Assembly: GCA_030018135.1 (NCBI GenBank)
Contig: JASEGJ010000002.1
Span: 31,309 to 95,308 of the forward strand
DNA length: 64,000 nucleotides
Origin: Candidatus Hodarchaeaceae archaeon
GTDB lineage: Archaea > Hadarchaeota > Hadarchaeia > Hadarchaeales > Hadarchaeaceae
Direction of reading: 5' to 3'
Positions 9,601 to 18,680 of the stretch are shown in pieces. Within the stretch, counting starts at the first letter, position 1, and each line of letters starts with the position of its first letter. The notes beneath the pieces are model-generated. The model was not told where the DNA came from. It saw only the letters and a list, made by a program, of their open reading frames with translations, and ran no database searches. A program made the translations under genes and the position numbers.

Positions 9601-10776
9601 GTGGTGAGTTTGAAGGAAATCGTTGGAGATCAGGATGGAGTTATCCTCGATACATTGGAGATGGTGCCGAGCGAAATTTCAGGGCGAAAAGTCGTTGCCA
9701 AAAGTTTAAGCAACAAGGTGGCCTTATATCCTCCCGCATCAGGGAAGTGGGGCGGAGGCAGAGAATCTAAAAAAGTCATCCTCAACAGAATCGTGCTATT
9801 GGATAGGCTGTTTTTTGAGGGACTTGGGCTATGGCAAGGTGAAGGAAGCAAGGGCAAGGGTATCTATTTTTGTAACTCTAACTTGCAAATCATGCGCCAT
9901 TTCTTAACGTTCGTCGAAGAAAAGCTAGGGTTACCAAGAGCTGACTTTAAAGTTACAGTCTGCACACCTCGCTCTAGCGAGCAGGATGAAATCAGAGAGA
10001 AATTGTCCGAAGTGCTCGGAGTTCCGATCAACAATTTCACAGCTGTGTGCGTCGATCCCAGAATCAATAAGGAAAACGTTCAGGTATACATTAACTCGAT
10101 TGTACTAGTTGAACTGCTAAAGAATTTACATGAAAAGTTGAAGCCGTTGATCAGATCGAATACAGAGTTCGCGGCAGCTTACCTACGGGGCATATTTGCT
10201 GGAGAAGGCTCCGTGTTATTGAAAAAGTCCGGGGTTTTATTCCACGTTGACTTCGCTACCAAAGATGAAAGCTCAGTTGAGTTCTATAAACAATGCCTCG
10301 ATCTTCTCGGAATTGCACATGGCAAATATATGGAACGGAGTCTAAAATTTCAAATCTATGGCCGGCGAAATTTCCAACGCTTCAAGGAGCTCGACATCCA
10401 CACCCTGCACCCGGAGAAGCATGTAAAGTTTGAACAAGGATTCGCAAACTACAAACGCACAAATGTGTTGGATGGTGAGGAAGCCCGATCGCTCATCATA
10501 CAGCAACTCGCCTCGGGTCCGAAAACCTACGACGAGCTTGCGGCAGCGTTGGGTAAGGCTAGGACGACGATTCAAGCCCACCACATCCCGATCCTCGAAC
10601 GCCGAGGCCTCTTGAAATGTGTCGGGAAGCGTGGTCAAGCTTCGCTCTGGGCCCTTACGGAAGGCAAAATAACTCCACCGCCAAATGTTAATCGAGCCCC
10701 ATGCGAGGAACCTACGCCCTGCTCGTGCACGTGCCCTACGACCTCGCCGTCAGCGTGGGCGAGCTCGGCACGCTGA
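9601..10776 (+). CDS. Double-motif LAGLIDADG homing-endonuclease-like protein with C-terminal winged HTH
   Basis: Motif 1 GLGLWQGEGS, motif 2 YLRGIFAGEGSV; C-terminal GPKTYDELAAALGKARTTIQ..H...LE..GLL; visibly AT-richer than its flanks. Confidence 0.7.
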   Translation: MVSLKEIVGDQDGVILDTLEMVPSEISGRKVVAKSLSNKVALYPPASGKWGGGRESKKVILNRIVLLDRLFFEGLGLWQGEGSKGKGIYFCNSNLQIMRHFLTFVEEKLGLPRADFKVTVCTPRSSEQDEIREKLSEVLGVPINNFTAVCVDPRINKENVQVYINSIVLVELLKNLHEKLKPLIRSNTEFAAAYLRGIFAGEGSVLLKKSGVLFHVDFATKDESSVEFYKQCLDLLGIAHGKYMERSLKFQIYGRRNFQRFKELDIHTLHPEKHVKFEQGFANYKRTNVLDGEEARSLIIQQLASGPKTYDELAAALGKARTTIQAHHIPILERRGLLKCVGKRGQASLWALTEGKITPPPNVNRAPCEEPTPCSCTCPTTSPSAWASSAR

Positions 10777-11126
10777 GCTTCAACGCAGGCTACTACGCCT
10801 ACATCGGCTCGGCGCTGGGCGGCCTCAAGGCGCGAGTGGGGCGCCACCTCCGAGCTGAGAAGAGGCCCCACTGGCACATCGACTTCCTCCTGGCGAGGAG
10901 CAGGGCTGTGGACATCGTCGCAGCCCCCTCTCGAACGCGAAGGGAGTGCGCGGTCGCGGGGGAGCTGGCAAAAAAACTCCAAAGCGTCAGAGGATTCGGC
11001 TCCAGCGATTGTGCCTGCCAGTCGCACCTTTTCTACAGCCCCGACTTCAACGAGCTCCTCAGGCGGGTGCTGCTGGGCTTCAGGGCGTGCGGGTTGAAGC
11101 CCGCCAAGGGTGGTCCGCTTGGGTAG
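10701..11126 (+). CDS. GIY-YIG (DUF123/Uri) nuclease family protein
   Basis: GTYALL, YAYIGSA, RV.RH, HWHIDFL and GFGSSDC.C.SHL motifs. Confidence 0.88.
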   Translation: MRGTYALLVHVPYDLAVSVGELGTLSFNAGYYAYIGSALGGLKARVGRHLRAEKRPHWHIDFLLARSRAVDIVAAPSRTRRECAVAGELAKKLQSVRGFGSSDCACQSHLFYSPDFNELLRRVLLGFRACGLKPAKGGPLG

Positions 11127-11733
11127 GCGGTGGCAGCTCGAGCGGGGGCGGGACCACTTCTACCGCATGGCCAAGCGCGAGCGCTACAGGTCACGTGCGG
11201 CCTTCAAGCTGAAGCAGTTGGACGAACGCTACAACCTCCTGCGCCGCGGGCATGTCGTCGTCGATTTGGGCGCCGCACCAGGGGGCTGGCTCCAGGTGGC
11301 CCGCGAGCGCGTGGGGGGCGAGGGCTTCGTGCTGGGCATCGACCTACAGGCGATAGCCGAGCTGCCGCACGAGAACGTCGCCACGCTCGTCGCCGACATC
11401 ACCGACGCCTCCACGCCCGAGCTCATCATGGCGAAGTTGCCCAGGGCTGCTGACGTCGTGCTCTCCGACGCCTCACCCAAAATCTCAGGCGTTTGGGACG
11501 TCGACCAAGCGAGGTCGGTCGAGCTCGCCCGCTCCGCGCTGGCGATCGCAGATGCAATCCTAGCTCCCGGAGGAAAGTTGCTCGTCAAGGTCTTTCAGGG
11601 AGGGATGTTCGAGGAGCTGGTCGCCGAGGTGAGGCGGAGGTTCAGCTCCCTCAAGGTCACCAAGCCCGCCGCCTCGCGCAGGGGGAGCGCCGAGGTCTAC
11701 GTCGTGGCGAAGGGCTTCAGGCGATCTCGATAG
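11110..11733 (+). CDS. rlmE: 23S rRNA Um2552 2'-O-methyltransferase
   Basis: YRSRAAFKL, VVDLGAAPGGW, VLSD.SP, KVFQG and KP.ASR..S.EVY motifs. Confidence 0.95.
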   Translation: MVRLGRRWQLERGRDHFYRMAKRERYRSRAAFKLKQLDERYNLLRRGHVVVDLGAAPGGWLQVARERVGGEGFVLGIDLQAIAELPHENVATLVADITDASTPELIMAKLPRAADVVLSDASPKISGVWDVDQARSVELARSALAIADAILAPGGKLLVKVFQGGMFEELVAEVRRRFSSLKVTKPAASRRGSAEVYVVAKGFRRSR

Positions 11734-12108
11734 CCCGCCCCGCGGCCTTCGGCAGGGTTACCTTGAGCACGCCGTTTTCCTGCTTCGTTGCCACCTGCTC
11801 GACCCTCACCGCACAGGGCAGCGCGACCACGCGATAGAAGCGGTCGACCCGCTCCCTCAGCAATGCTTCCTTCGGCGTCTCCCTCTTTGCCCCGAGCTCA
11901 AGCGAGTCGCCGAACGCCCTGAGCTTGACGTCCCCCTCCGCACGCCGGGCAGGTCGGCGTGCACCACCAGCCTTTCTCCCTCGTCGCAGATGTCCACGCG
12001 CGGCTCGTACGGGAGTTCGAACGGGATGCGCTAGGGCCTCGGGCCGCGAGGGATGAGCGGCGGGCGCGGGTAGCCGAAGTCCCACTCCCATGGGCTAGGG
12101 CGCGACAT
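11717..12108 (-). pseudogene. Hsp20/alpha-crystallin pseudogene
   Basis: ATG 12108 (MSRPSPWEWDF...), in-frame TAG at 12033-12031, then EPRVDICDEGERLVVHADLPGV. A frameshift near 11935 leads into ...FYRVVALP...ENGVLKVTLPK. Confidence 0.8.
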
Positions 12109-12145
12109 AGCACCACCGACTTAAACTATGTACTGAGGACAAAAA

Positions 12146-13309
12146 TCATTTCGCGAGCGAGCGGATCATCTCACCCAGGGGCGCGTCCGTCCGCAGGCCG
12201 GTGGGCGAGAAGTGCGTTCTGGACGCGAAGTAGCCCCGCCCCTTGAGCTCGGCTATGAAATCTGCGATCTTCGGCGGCGGCGCCTTCGCGCGCCTGGCCA
12301 CCTCGTGGATGTCGTAAAATGTCGGCGGTCCGTCCGCCTCCTCGACGCAGCGGTTCAACAGCGTTAGGGCGCTATGTCTAAGCTTGAAGTCGCGACTATG
12401 AAGGTCGGCGATCACCCTTTGGACGAACGCCTCGTCCATCAGTTGCCCTAACCAGAGCGGGCCAGCGTGGGTGAGCTTACCCCCGCATTCGCAGGTGCTG
12501 GGCAGCTCCGCGGTGATGCCCCTCGAAATCGCCCGACGCCCGCAGGCGTGGCAATGCGACACGTAGCCCTGCCTTGCCAAGACATCGTCCGAGGCTCTGG
12601 CTCCTGCTCCGGCGCGAAGGTAGACTCTGAAGTAGTGCAGGGTGCTGTGAGCTAAAAGCGGGATGAGCGCGAACTCGTGTCTGCCGCCGACCCGCTGGCA
12701 GAAGCTGACGAGGATCCTGACTCCAAGCTCGTGGCAGTACTCCGTCCGAAGCGGGCGGGCGCCGTACCTCCGCAGGCATGCCCTCGCGTGCGTGCCGCTG
12801 AGGGGTGCCGTATCGGTCGCGGTCAGCATCAGGACGCCGCGGTTCACGAGCGCGGCGCAGGCGGCGTCCACGAATGGCGCGGGGGAGCCGAATGGATCGA
12901 GGTCGACGACGTGAAACCTCGGCCTGTGGCTCCAGAGCAGGGCGTTCGCGTCCTCGTTTCTGACCTCGACCAGCCTCGCCAGCCCATTGAGCTCGGCGTT
13001 CCTGCGGATGAGCTCGAAGGCCTCGGGGGAGCGGTCGTTGAGCACGACGTTTGAGACGCCCTCCACCTCCTTGGCATAGCGAAGCCCCCTAGCCCCAACT
13101 CCCGCGAGCGGGTCGCATATGCGGAGGCCGCCAACCTCCTTGGCCAAGACTTGCATCGCGGAGACCGAGATGTCTCGGCAGAGCTCCATCAGCGGGTTGT
13201 AGAACACTCGCGTGAGCGAGGGGGCGTAGTCGCCCGCCGGCGTTCGAAACCGCTCGAGCTCTGGGACCTCGAGCCTGGTGGCGCCCTCGGTTATGAACTG
13301 CGTCGGCAT
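12146..13309 (-). CDS. trm1: tRNA (guanine26-N2)-dimethyltransferase
   Basis: VFYNP.M...RD, G.RGLRYA.E, DLDPFGSP, TATD..L.G, GPLWLG and RTHF...G.RTDA motifs. Confidence 0.95.
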   Translation of the reverse strand: MPTQFITEGATRLEVPELERFRTPAGDYAPSLTRVFYNPLMELCRDISVSAMQVLAKEVGGLRICDPLAGVGARGLRYAKEVEGVSNVVLNDRSPEAFELIRRNAELNGLARLVEVRNEDANALLWSHRPRFHVVDLDPFGSPAPFVDAACAALVNRGVLMLTATDTAPLSGTHARACLRRYGARPLRTEYCHELGVRILVSFCQRVGGRHEFALIPLLAHSTLHYFRVYLRAGAGARASDDVLARQGYVSHCHACGRRAISRGITAELPSTCECGGKLTHAGPLWLGQLMDEAFVQRVIADLHSRDFKLRHSALTLLNRCVEEADGPPTFYDIHEVARRAKAPPPKIADFIAELKGRGYFASRTHFSPTGLRTDAPLGEMIRSLAK

Positions 13310-13553
13310 GCTCTCAAAACTGGTACGTCGGCGGGCGTCTAATCTCTTACGGGCCCGCGGCCAACGGTTCGTCATTATCCCGACTTGGTCACAGATCTAA
13401 GGTTGGATGGCGGGTCGTCAGTTGAGCGGGGGCGGTTTATATGGGAAAAAAACGTCATCGAGATCACAAAGCCATCCTGCTCGCCGAAGAATTGAGCTAT
13501 AATTCTCCCCCTCCGATATATGCTGGGCAAAAAAAAATGGACGGCGGTGGGTT

Positions 13554-14222
13554 ATGGTTCTAAAGGGGGATGCGCTTAGAAGGGCCGCGCTGAGGGCCGT
13601 GCTTACCTTGCTGCTCCTCAGTTTGCCCCTGATGCTCGCGGACCTAATCCAGCGCCTCCGAATTACGTACCTGCCGGAATTGAGGGTGGACGAAATCCTC
13701 GCCCTGTCCGGCATGACCTTGTTCGGGCTGTTCGCGGTCTTGAAGCTGACAGATAGGAGGGCGCTGGTCAGGCCGGGGAAGCGGAACTCCGCCCGGGAAT
13801 TCGCCGCCGGGACCGCGATCTTGGCGTGCATGGACGTCCTCGGCCTCCTGGCGGCCAACTTGATACTCTTCGAGGGCGTCGTCTCCACCGGCGCGGGCGT
13901 AGGATTGTTCTTCCTTTGGTTCGCGGTGATAATCGGCCCCCTGGGCGAGGAGTGGATTTTCAGGCACGTCCTCATCAGCGGGTTGAGGCGGGTCGGAAGG
14001 GGGCTCAAGCGTTTGCCGCCCATCTATGTTTGCGTCGCCGCCTCCGCCCTGATATTCGGCCTCGCGCACCTATTTGATCCGACCATAAAGAGATCGCTCG
14101 CGGACATCCCACCCATCGCCTACTCCGGCGCCCTCTACGGCGTGGGCTACGTTAAGTACGGCCTGGCGAGCGCGATCCTGCTTCACGCGTTGGGCAACCT
14201 CGCGGTCGCACTCCTTTTATGA
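13554..14222 (+). CDS. CPBP (CAAX/Abi) intramembrane metalloprotease
   Basis: EEWIFR, FGLAH and H..GN motifs; multiple TM segments. Confidence 0.85.
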   Translation: MVLKGDALRRAALRAVLTLLLLSLPLMLADLIQRLRITYLPELRVDEILALSGMTLFGLFAVLKLTDRRALVRPGKRNSAREFAAGTAILACMDVLGLLAANLILFEGVVSTGAGVGLFFLWFAVIIGPLGEEWIFRHVLISGLRRVGRGLKRLPPIYVCVAASALIFGLAHLFDPTIKRSLADIPPIAYSGALYGVGYVKYGLASAILLHALGNLAVALLL

Positions 14223-14378
14223 CGGCAAATTTTGCCGATCGGGTAGGTAAAACAACACTGAAGATGTAAAGGCTATATTGTAGACGGCTAGGGTATTTAT
14301 AAACATCCGAAAAGCTGGGGGGTGAAAACCCACGCCAGAAAATTCAGGGAAGAGCGCCTGGGGGAGGTGAAGAAGCAC

Positions 14379-14844
14379 AGGAATGAAACGAATATCGGGC
14401 TGCTCTTTCGCGGTCCCCTCTATCGTGGGGGCAGGGAGAACCTCTGTTTCATCCCCTGAACGTCAGCACGAGGGAAAGGGTGGCCTTGGACCCGGAGCGC
14501 ATGACCATCAGTTCGATGTACCGCGAGATCCCGAGCTTCGATGTGTTCTCGATGCGCGCCGAGGAGATGCTGGCCGAAAAGGCGAGGGCAATCTTCACGA
14601 GAAACAAGCCCCGGATCTTTACGATATGTGGTTCCTGCTCGAGAAGGGAATCCGGCTGGACCTGAAGCTGGTGAACCGAAAACTCGCGGCGTGCGGGATG
14701 AAGTTCGACGCGAAAAAATTCGTTGAGCGGATTGAGGGAATGGCCAAACTCTGGAGGGTCGACCTAAAAAATTTGATCATCGGGGAGCTACCGGAGTTCG
14801 AGGCGATAAAAGACAGCGTCATCAAAAGTGTTTGGCAGTTGTAA
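14379..14844 (+). pseudogene. AbiEii-type nucleotidyltransferase toxin remnant (5' truncated, two frameshifts)
   Basis: Three frames join to give FRGPLYRG..., LNVSTRE...EEMLAEKARAIFTRNKPR and DLYDMWFLL, the AbiEii EK..A...R...RD.YD signature. Confidence 0.7.
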
Positions 14845-15134
14845 TGTGGCGACTTTTAGATGGATGACGGGTACGTCGCCCCCCTCACACCCAGCAGGCT
14901 TCCGTACCCCCACACCGCTCTACTCCGAAACCGTGCTTCGCTTTGCTGGGAACACGACGAGGAGGATTGCCCGCCGCAGTTAGAGGTCATAGAACTCAAG
15001 GTAGTGAAAGGACCAAAAGCTGAAGTCAGTTGGCGGGGCTGCTGCCCCTGCCCAAGGAGGATGTGGTCGAGTCCGTGATAGCGTCCCACCTGTCGAGGGT
15101 GCAGAAACTTATTTTTGGGGAGACAGGTCTGTTT

Positions 15135-16366
15135 ATGCGCAATTTGAAAAAGGCCCTAGGTGGGGAGCTGGACCTCAAGGGAAATATGGGAACGCTGACG
15201 ATAATGTCCCTACTTTTTGGGGCATCCTTCAGCATGTTTCTCGCCGTGTGGCAGCCCTTCGTAATAAGCCTGGGGGTCTCGATGACATTCCTCGGCCTAC
15301 TTCAAAGTTTATGGGGCTGGTATGGCATCGTTCCATCGATTTTCGGGCCCATAGGAGGATGGGCTTCCGATAGGCTCGGCAGAAAGCTACTCATAATGTT
15401 GGGGGGGATGTTGACCCTAGCCGCGCTTTTTACATACTTTTTAGCTTGGATGATGGGCAGTTATCTGATCCTTATTCCGGGCGCGATCGCGATGGGGCTT
15501 GGAGCCATATCTTGGGCGGCTAGAGATTCCGCAATAGCTGAGTCAGTTGAGAGGGAGAGGTGGGGAAGCGCTTATAGCCTGATAATTTTTTTTGGATTGA
15601 TGCCGGGAATTTTCCTTCCGTTGACGGGGGGCTACATCGCTGAGAGATTCGGCTTCGGCGCGGTATTCCTCATCACCGTGGCCATCCAGGGCGGATATTT
15701 GGCCATGGCTTTCTTCCGACTGAAGGAGACCGTCCGCAGGTCCGTCAAAGGTGTGACATCGTTTTTTAGGGAGCTCAAATGCTCCCTGCGGAGGATATTC
15801 ATCCGCCCACGAGCTTGAGGACCTTTTACCTTGTGATGGCATTCGATGCATTTTCATGGGGTTTGGGGGCGACGATCCTTTACGGCATGCTCGTGAAAAC
15901 ATATGGCTTCACGACTTTTCAGATAGGCATCCTTTGGAGCATCTTCAACATCTCGTGGGTGGCGACTCAGTTGCCAATAGGGAGGCTCGTCGACAAGTAT
16001 GGAAGCAAGGCCCTTTTGCTGGCCTCTGAAACCATAGGAATCCTAACCATCTCGGGATGGCTCCTGTCAGCGAGGTTCTTGGCCTTCGCGACATTGGCGA
16101 TATTTCACGGGATCGTGGCGGCTGGTTGGGTTCCAGCCATGCAGACGATGCTGGCATCGGGCGCGGTTTCAACGGAGCGAGGTGAGGTGATGGGCAGGCT
16201 CTCCGCATTTCAAGGAAGTGCTGGATTTTCGGCCCCACTTATAGGGGGCGCTCTCTACGACAAGTTCGGATTTTGGGCCCCCCTGCTGGCGAACTTGGTT
16301 GGAGCTTTGATCGTGCTATTTTTAATCGCAGTTAAAATTCGCGAACCGAGGGCCCCGCAGCCCTAA
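15135..16366 (+). pseudogene. MFS transporter split by a single frameshift near 15803
   Basis: N-half has GWASDRLGRK and C-half has GRLVDKYGSK; the two ORFs join with one extra base (IFI-PPTSLRTFY). Could be a sequencing error. Confidence 0.75.
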
Positions 16367-16538
16367 GATCCTCTCAAGTTTTATTCGGAATGTTGATGCG
16401 GGTGAGCTGAGCGATAAGCAGATAGGCTTGCTGGCCGACTTTTGACGAACCGGGGCTCCGAAATTCGGTTATGCGTGGGGTGGCCCACCGAAGCGCATAC
16501 TTTATGCCATGGATAAAAAAGAAAAGATGTTTCAATGG

Positions 16539-16950
16539 CTACGGACCTAAGCAAGTTCTGAGCGGAACCCGCTCCAGGTCAGGGACGCGATCGAATGCCT
16601 CGTCGCTTGAGATTACCTTTCGATCGAGGAGAGCGCGGCGGCAGCGACCAAGCCGTCGAAATAGCTAAGGCCATACTTTTCCTCGAGCTCGCACCGAAGT
16701 GCCAGCAGGCCCGCGCCGAGCGTCTGCGCCTCCTTTACTTGGTGGCGCCTCAAGACCTCGCGGAGCGCGAGCAATGCAACTTTCACCTGCGCCGGCCTCC
16801 TGCCTCTCGCCCGGAGGACGACCTGAAACTCCAACACCACCACATCCGGGGCAACCACATCCGAGCGATCCTTGAGGAGCTGCAGTGCCTTAGCATGCTT
16901 TGGGTCCCTTGGGTTGACGCGAATAGGACCCCCGTATCAGCGACCGGCAT
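16539..16950 (-). pseudogene. PIN-domain (VapC-like) toxin with two frameshifts
   Basis: MPVADTGVLFA / NPRDPKH...VVVLEF...YGLSYFDGLVAAAAL / VISSDEAFDRVP read across three frames. Confidence 0.75.
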
Positions 16951-17027
16951 GCCTCATCACCCACCTCTCGGCCCGTCTTTCCTCCTTGGCCTCGTCGTAG
17001 GGCTCCCGTACAACATCCCCCAAGCGC
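16937..17027 (-). pseudogene. C-terminal remnant of a cognate antitoxin
   Basis: ERLGDVVREPYDEAKEERRAERWVMRHAGR* overlaps the VapC start, as is typical of vapBC; no intact start seen. Confidence 0.4.
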
Positions 17028-17079
17028 TCAATTGCGTTAGCCCTTAAGACGTTCTTCGTCACACATCTGAAATGTGTAA

Positions 17080-17628
17080 TCACCGCGTTCGGGGTAATGC
17101 CTCCATCACGAGTTCCGCGAGCATGCTGGGCAGCTTCGCTCGATTGCCCGGCGTGACCTCGAACAACTTGACGTCGGGCCTAGACTTGACCGCGCCTATG
17201 AAGCCGCTAGCCGTTCGCTGGTGGATGACCGCAAGCAGCGGCTTGGGCGAGTCAAGCGCCGCCAGCACAGCGCGCCTGAAGCCCTCGCTGTGCACCTCCA
17301 TCGGGGCGATCTCGTCTATCACCACGAAGTCCGCCTCCCTTAGCGCCCGCCCGATCGAGGCCTCGCTCATCTCGTCCACGTTCGCAACGTTCACGCGGTA
17401 CTTGCTCACCTGGAGGCCCGAGGGCTGATCGACATGTGCTAAAATGCGCTCCTCGCCCGTCACGAGGTCGACCATCTTGAAGCCGAGCCTCTCGCCCCGC
17501 TCCCTGATCTCCGGGCAGTAAAGCCCCCCCGCTTTAAAGCCGCGCGCGCGCAGGAGTTCGACCGCGCCCTCGATGACCGATGTCTTGCCGCTGCCGGGGC
17601 GCCCGGTGATCAGGAAGTTGTTCGGCAT
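17080..17628 (-). CDS. Nucleoside-triphosphatase (THEP1/NTPase_1)
   Basis: ITGRPGSGKT, GG....E.R..G.R.GF, V.KY.V and VIDEIAPME motifs. Confidence 0.9.
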   Translation of the reverse strand: MPNNFLITGRPGSGKTSVIEGAVELLRARGFKAGGLYCPEIRERGERLGFKMVDLVTGEERILAHVDQPSGLQVSKYRVNVANVDEMSEASIGRALREADFVVIDEIAPMEVHSEGFRRAVLAALDSPKPLLAVIHQRTASGFIGAVKSRPDVKLFEVTPGNRAKLPSMLAELVMEALPRTR

Positions 17629-17677
17629 TCCACCACATCGCTTGAAATATCCGCGACCAAACTTGTATGAGGGTGAT

Positions 17678-18415
17678 TTGATAATAACGCTGTCGGGGGA
17701 GCGGGTGAGCAAGCAGCAACTGAGGGAGCGGGTGTGGCGGGAGCTGGAGGCCAAGGGCGTCGTCGCGTTTCCTAGGCCGGCTTGCGGGCGCATCCCGAAC
17801 TTCATAGGCAGCGAGCTCGCCGCCGAACGCCTGCGCTCGCTTCCGGCCTACGCCTCGGCTAGGACGATCATGGCCAACCCAGATGCCGCGCAGCTTGCCG
17901 TTCGAGAACTCGCGCTGCGGGACGGCAAGCGCCTGCTGATGGCATCGCCCCGCCTTCGAGCCGGCTTCATCCTGCTCGACCCGAGGACCATCCGGGACCC
18001 GAGGCGAGCTGCGACGATCCGAGGGGCCCTCAAGCACGGGCGCAAAGTAAATGTCAGGCAAGTGAAAGTTGACTTGATCGTCGAAGGATCCGTCGCGGTC
18101 GATTTGAAGGGGGGTCGAGTGGGCAAGGGCGGAGGCTTCGGCGACCTCGAGGTGGCCATCCTCAGGGAGGTCGGCGCGGCGACGGACGACACGCCGATCC
18201 TCACAACCGTCCACGAGCTACAGATCGTCGAAAGCGTCCCCATGACCGAGCACGACGCGCCGGTCGACTTCATCATCACCCCCGGAAGGACGATCGAGGT
18301 AAAACGTGTTCATCGGAAGCCCAAGGGCATCCTCTGGGAGCTTTTGCCCCCCGATGGATTTAAGCGGATGCCAATCCTTGGCGAGATCAGGGCAAGTCGC
18401 CAACAGCCTCCTTAA
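17678..18415 (+). CDS. 5-formyltetrahydrofolate cyclo-ligase family (MTHFSD-like)
   Basis: GRIPNF.G, NPD..Q, GSVAVD..G.RVGKGGGFGDLE and HD.PVD.I.TP motifs; start uncertain (TTG 17678 or GTG 17705). Confidence 0.88.
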   Translation: MIITLSGERVSKQQLRERVWRELEAKGVVAFPRPACGRIPNFIGSELAAERLRSLPAYASARTIMANPDAAQLAVRELALRDGKRLLMASPRLRAGFILLDPRTIRDPRRAATIRGALKHGRKVNVRQVKVDLIVEGSVAVDLKGGRVGKGGGFGDLEVAILREVGAATDDTPILTTVHELQIVESVPMTEHDAPVDFIITPGRTIEVKRVHRKPKGILWELLPPDGFKRMPILGEIRASRQQPP

Positions 18416-18465
18416 AATTTGGCGTTCTAAATTATGGAAGTGTGAATTAAGGCGAGGTCGGAAAG

Positions 18466-18573
18466 TTGAAATGTCCTAGATGCGGGGCCCGTGATGCGCC
18501 CCCACACGCCTGCGCGATGGTCCCAAAGGTCATTTGGGCGTGCTCTAAGTGCGGATACTTCATCGGGGAGTAA
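18466..18573 (+). CDS. CPxCG-type zinc-finger microprotein (35 aa), absent from the ORF track
   Basis: TTG start after GAGGT RBS; MKCPRCG...WACSKCGYFIGE*. Confidence 0.55.
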   Translation: MKCPRCGARDAPPHACAMVPKVIWACSKCGYFIGE

Positions 18574-18680
18574 TCCTTTCCCCAAAGAAGGGGGTGTTTG
18601 CTTTAGGCCTGCCCACCGGAGGTTAAAAGAGCTAGAAAAACTTGGATTAGTCATAAGAACTCCAAAAAAAAGTGGGAACT

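Noticed and set aside
12031-12033. Pyrrolysine readthrough of the TAG in the Hsp20 remnant
   Set aside because: The gene also has a frameshift, and no pyl genes are in the window.
14860-15078. 72-aa ORF between the AbiEii remnant and the MFS gene
   Set aside because: No recognisable motif; probably decayed sequence.
15790-15820. BHB introns explaining the MFS, MinD, Hsp20, VapC, AbiEii and 44.4-kb frameshifts
   Set aside because: These are 1-4 nt indels with no extra sequence or BHB fold.
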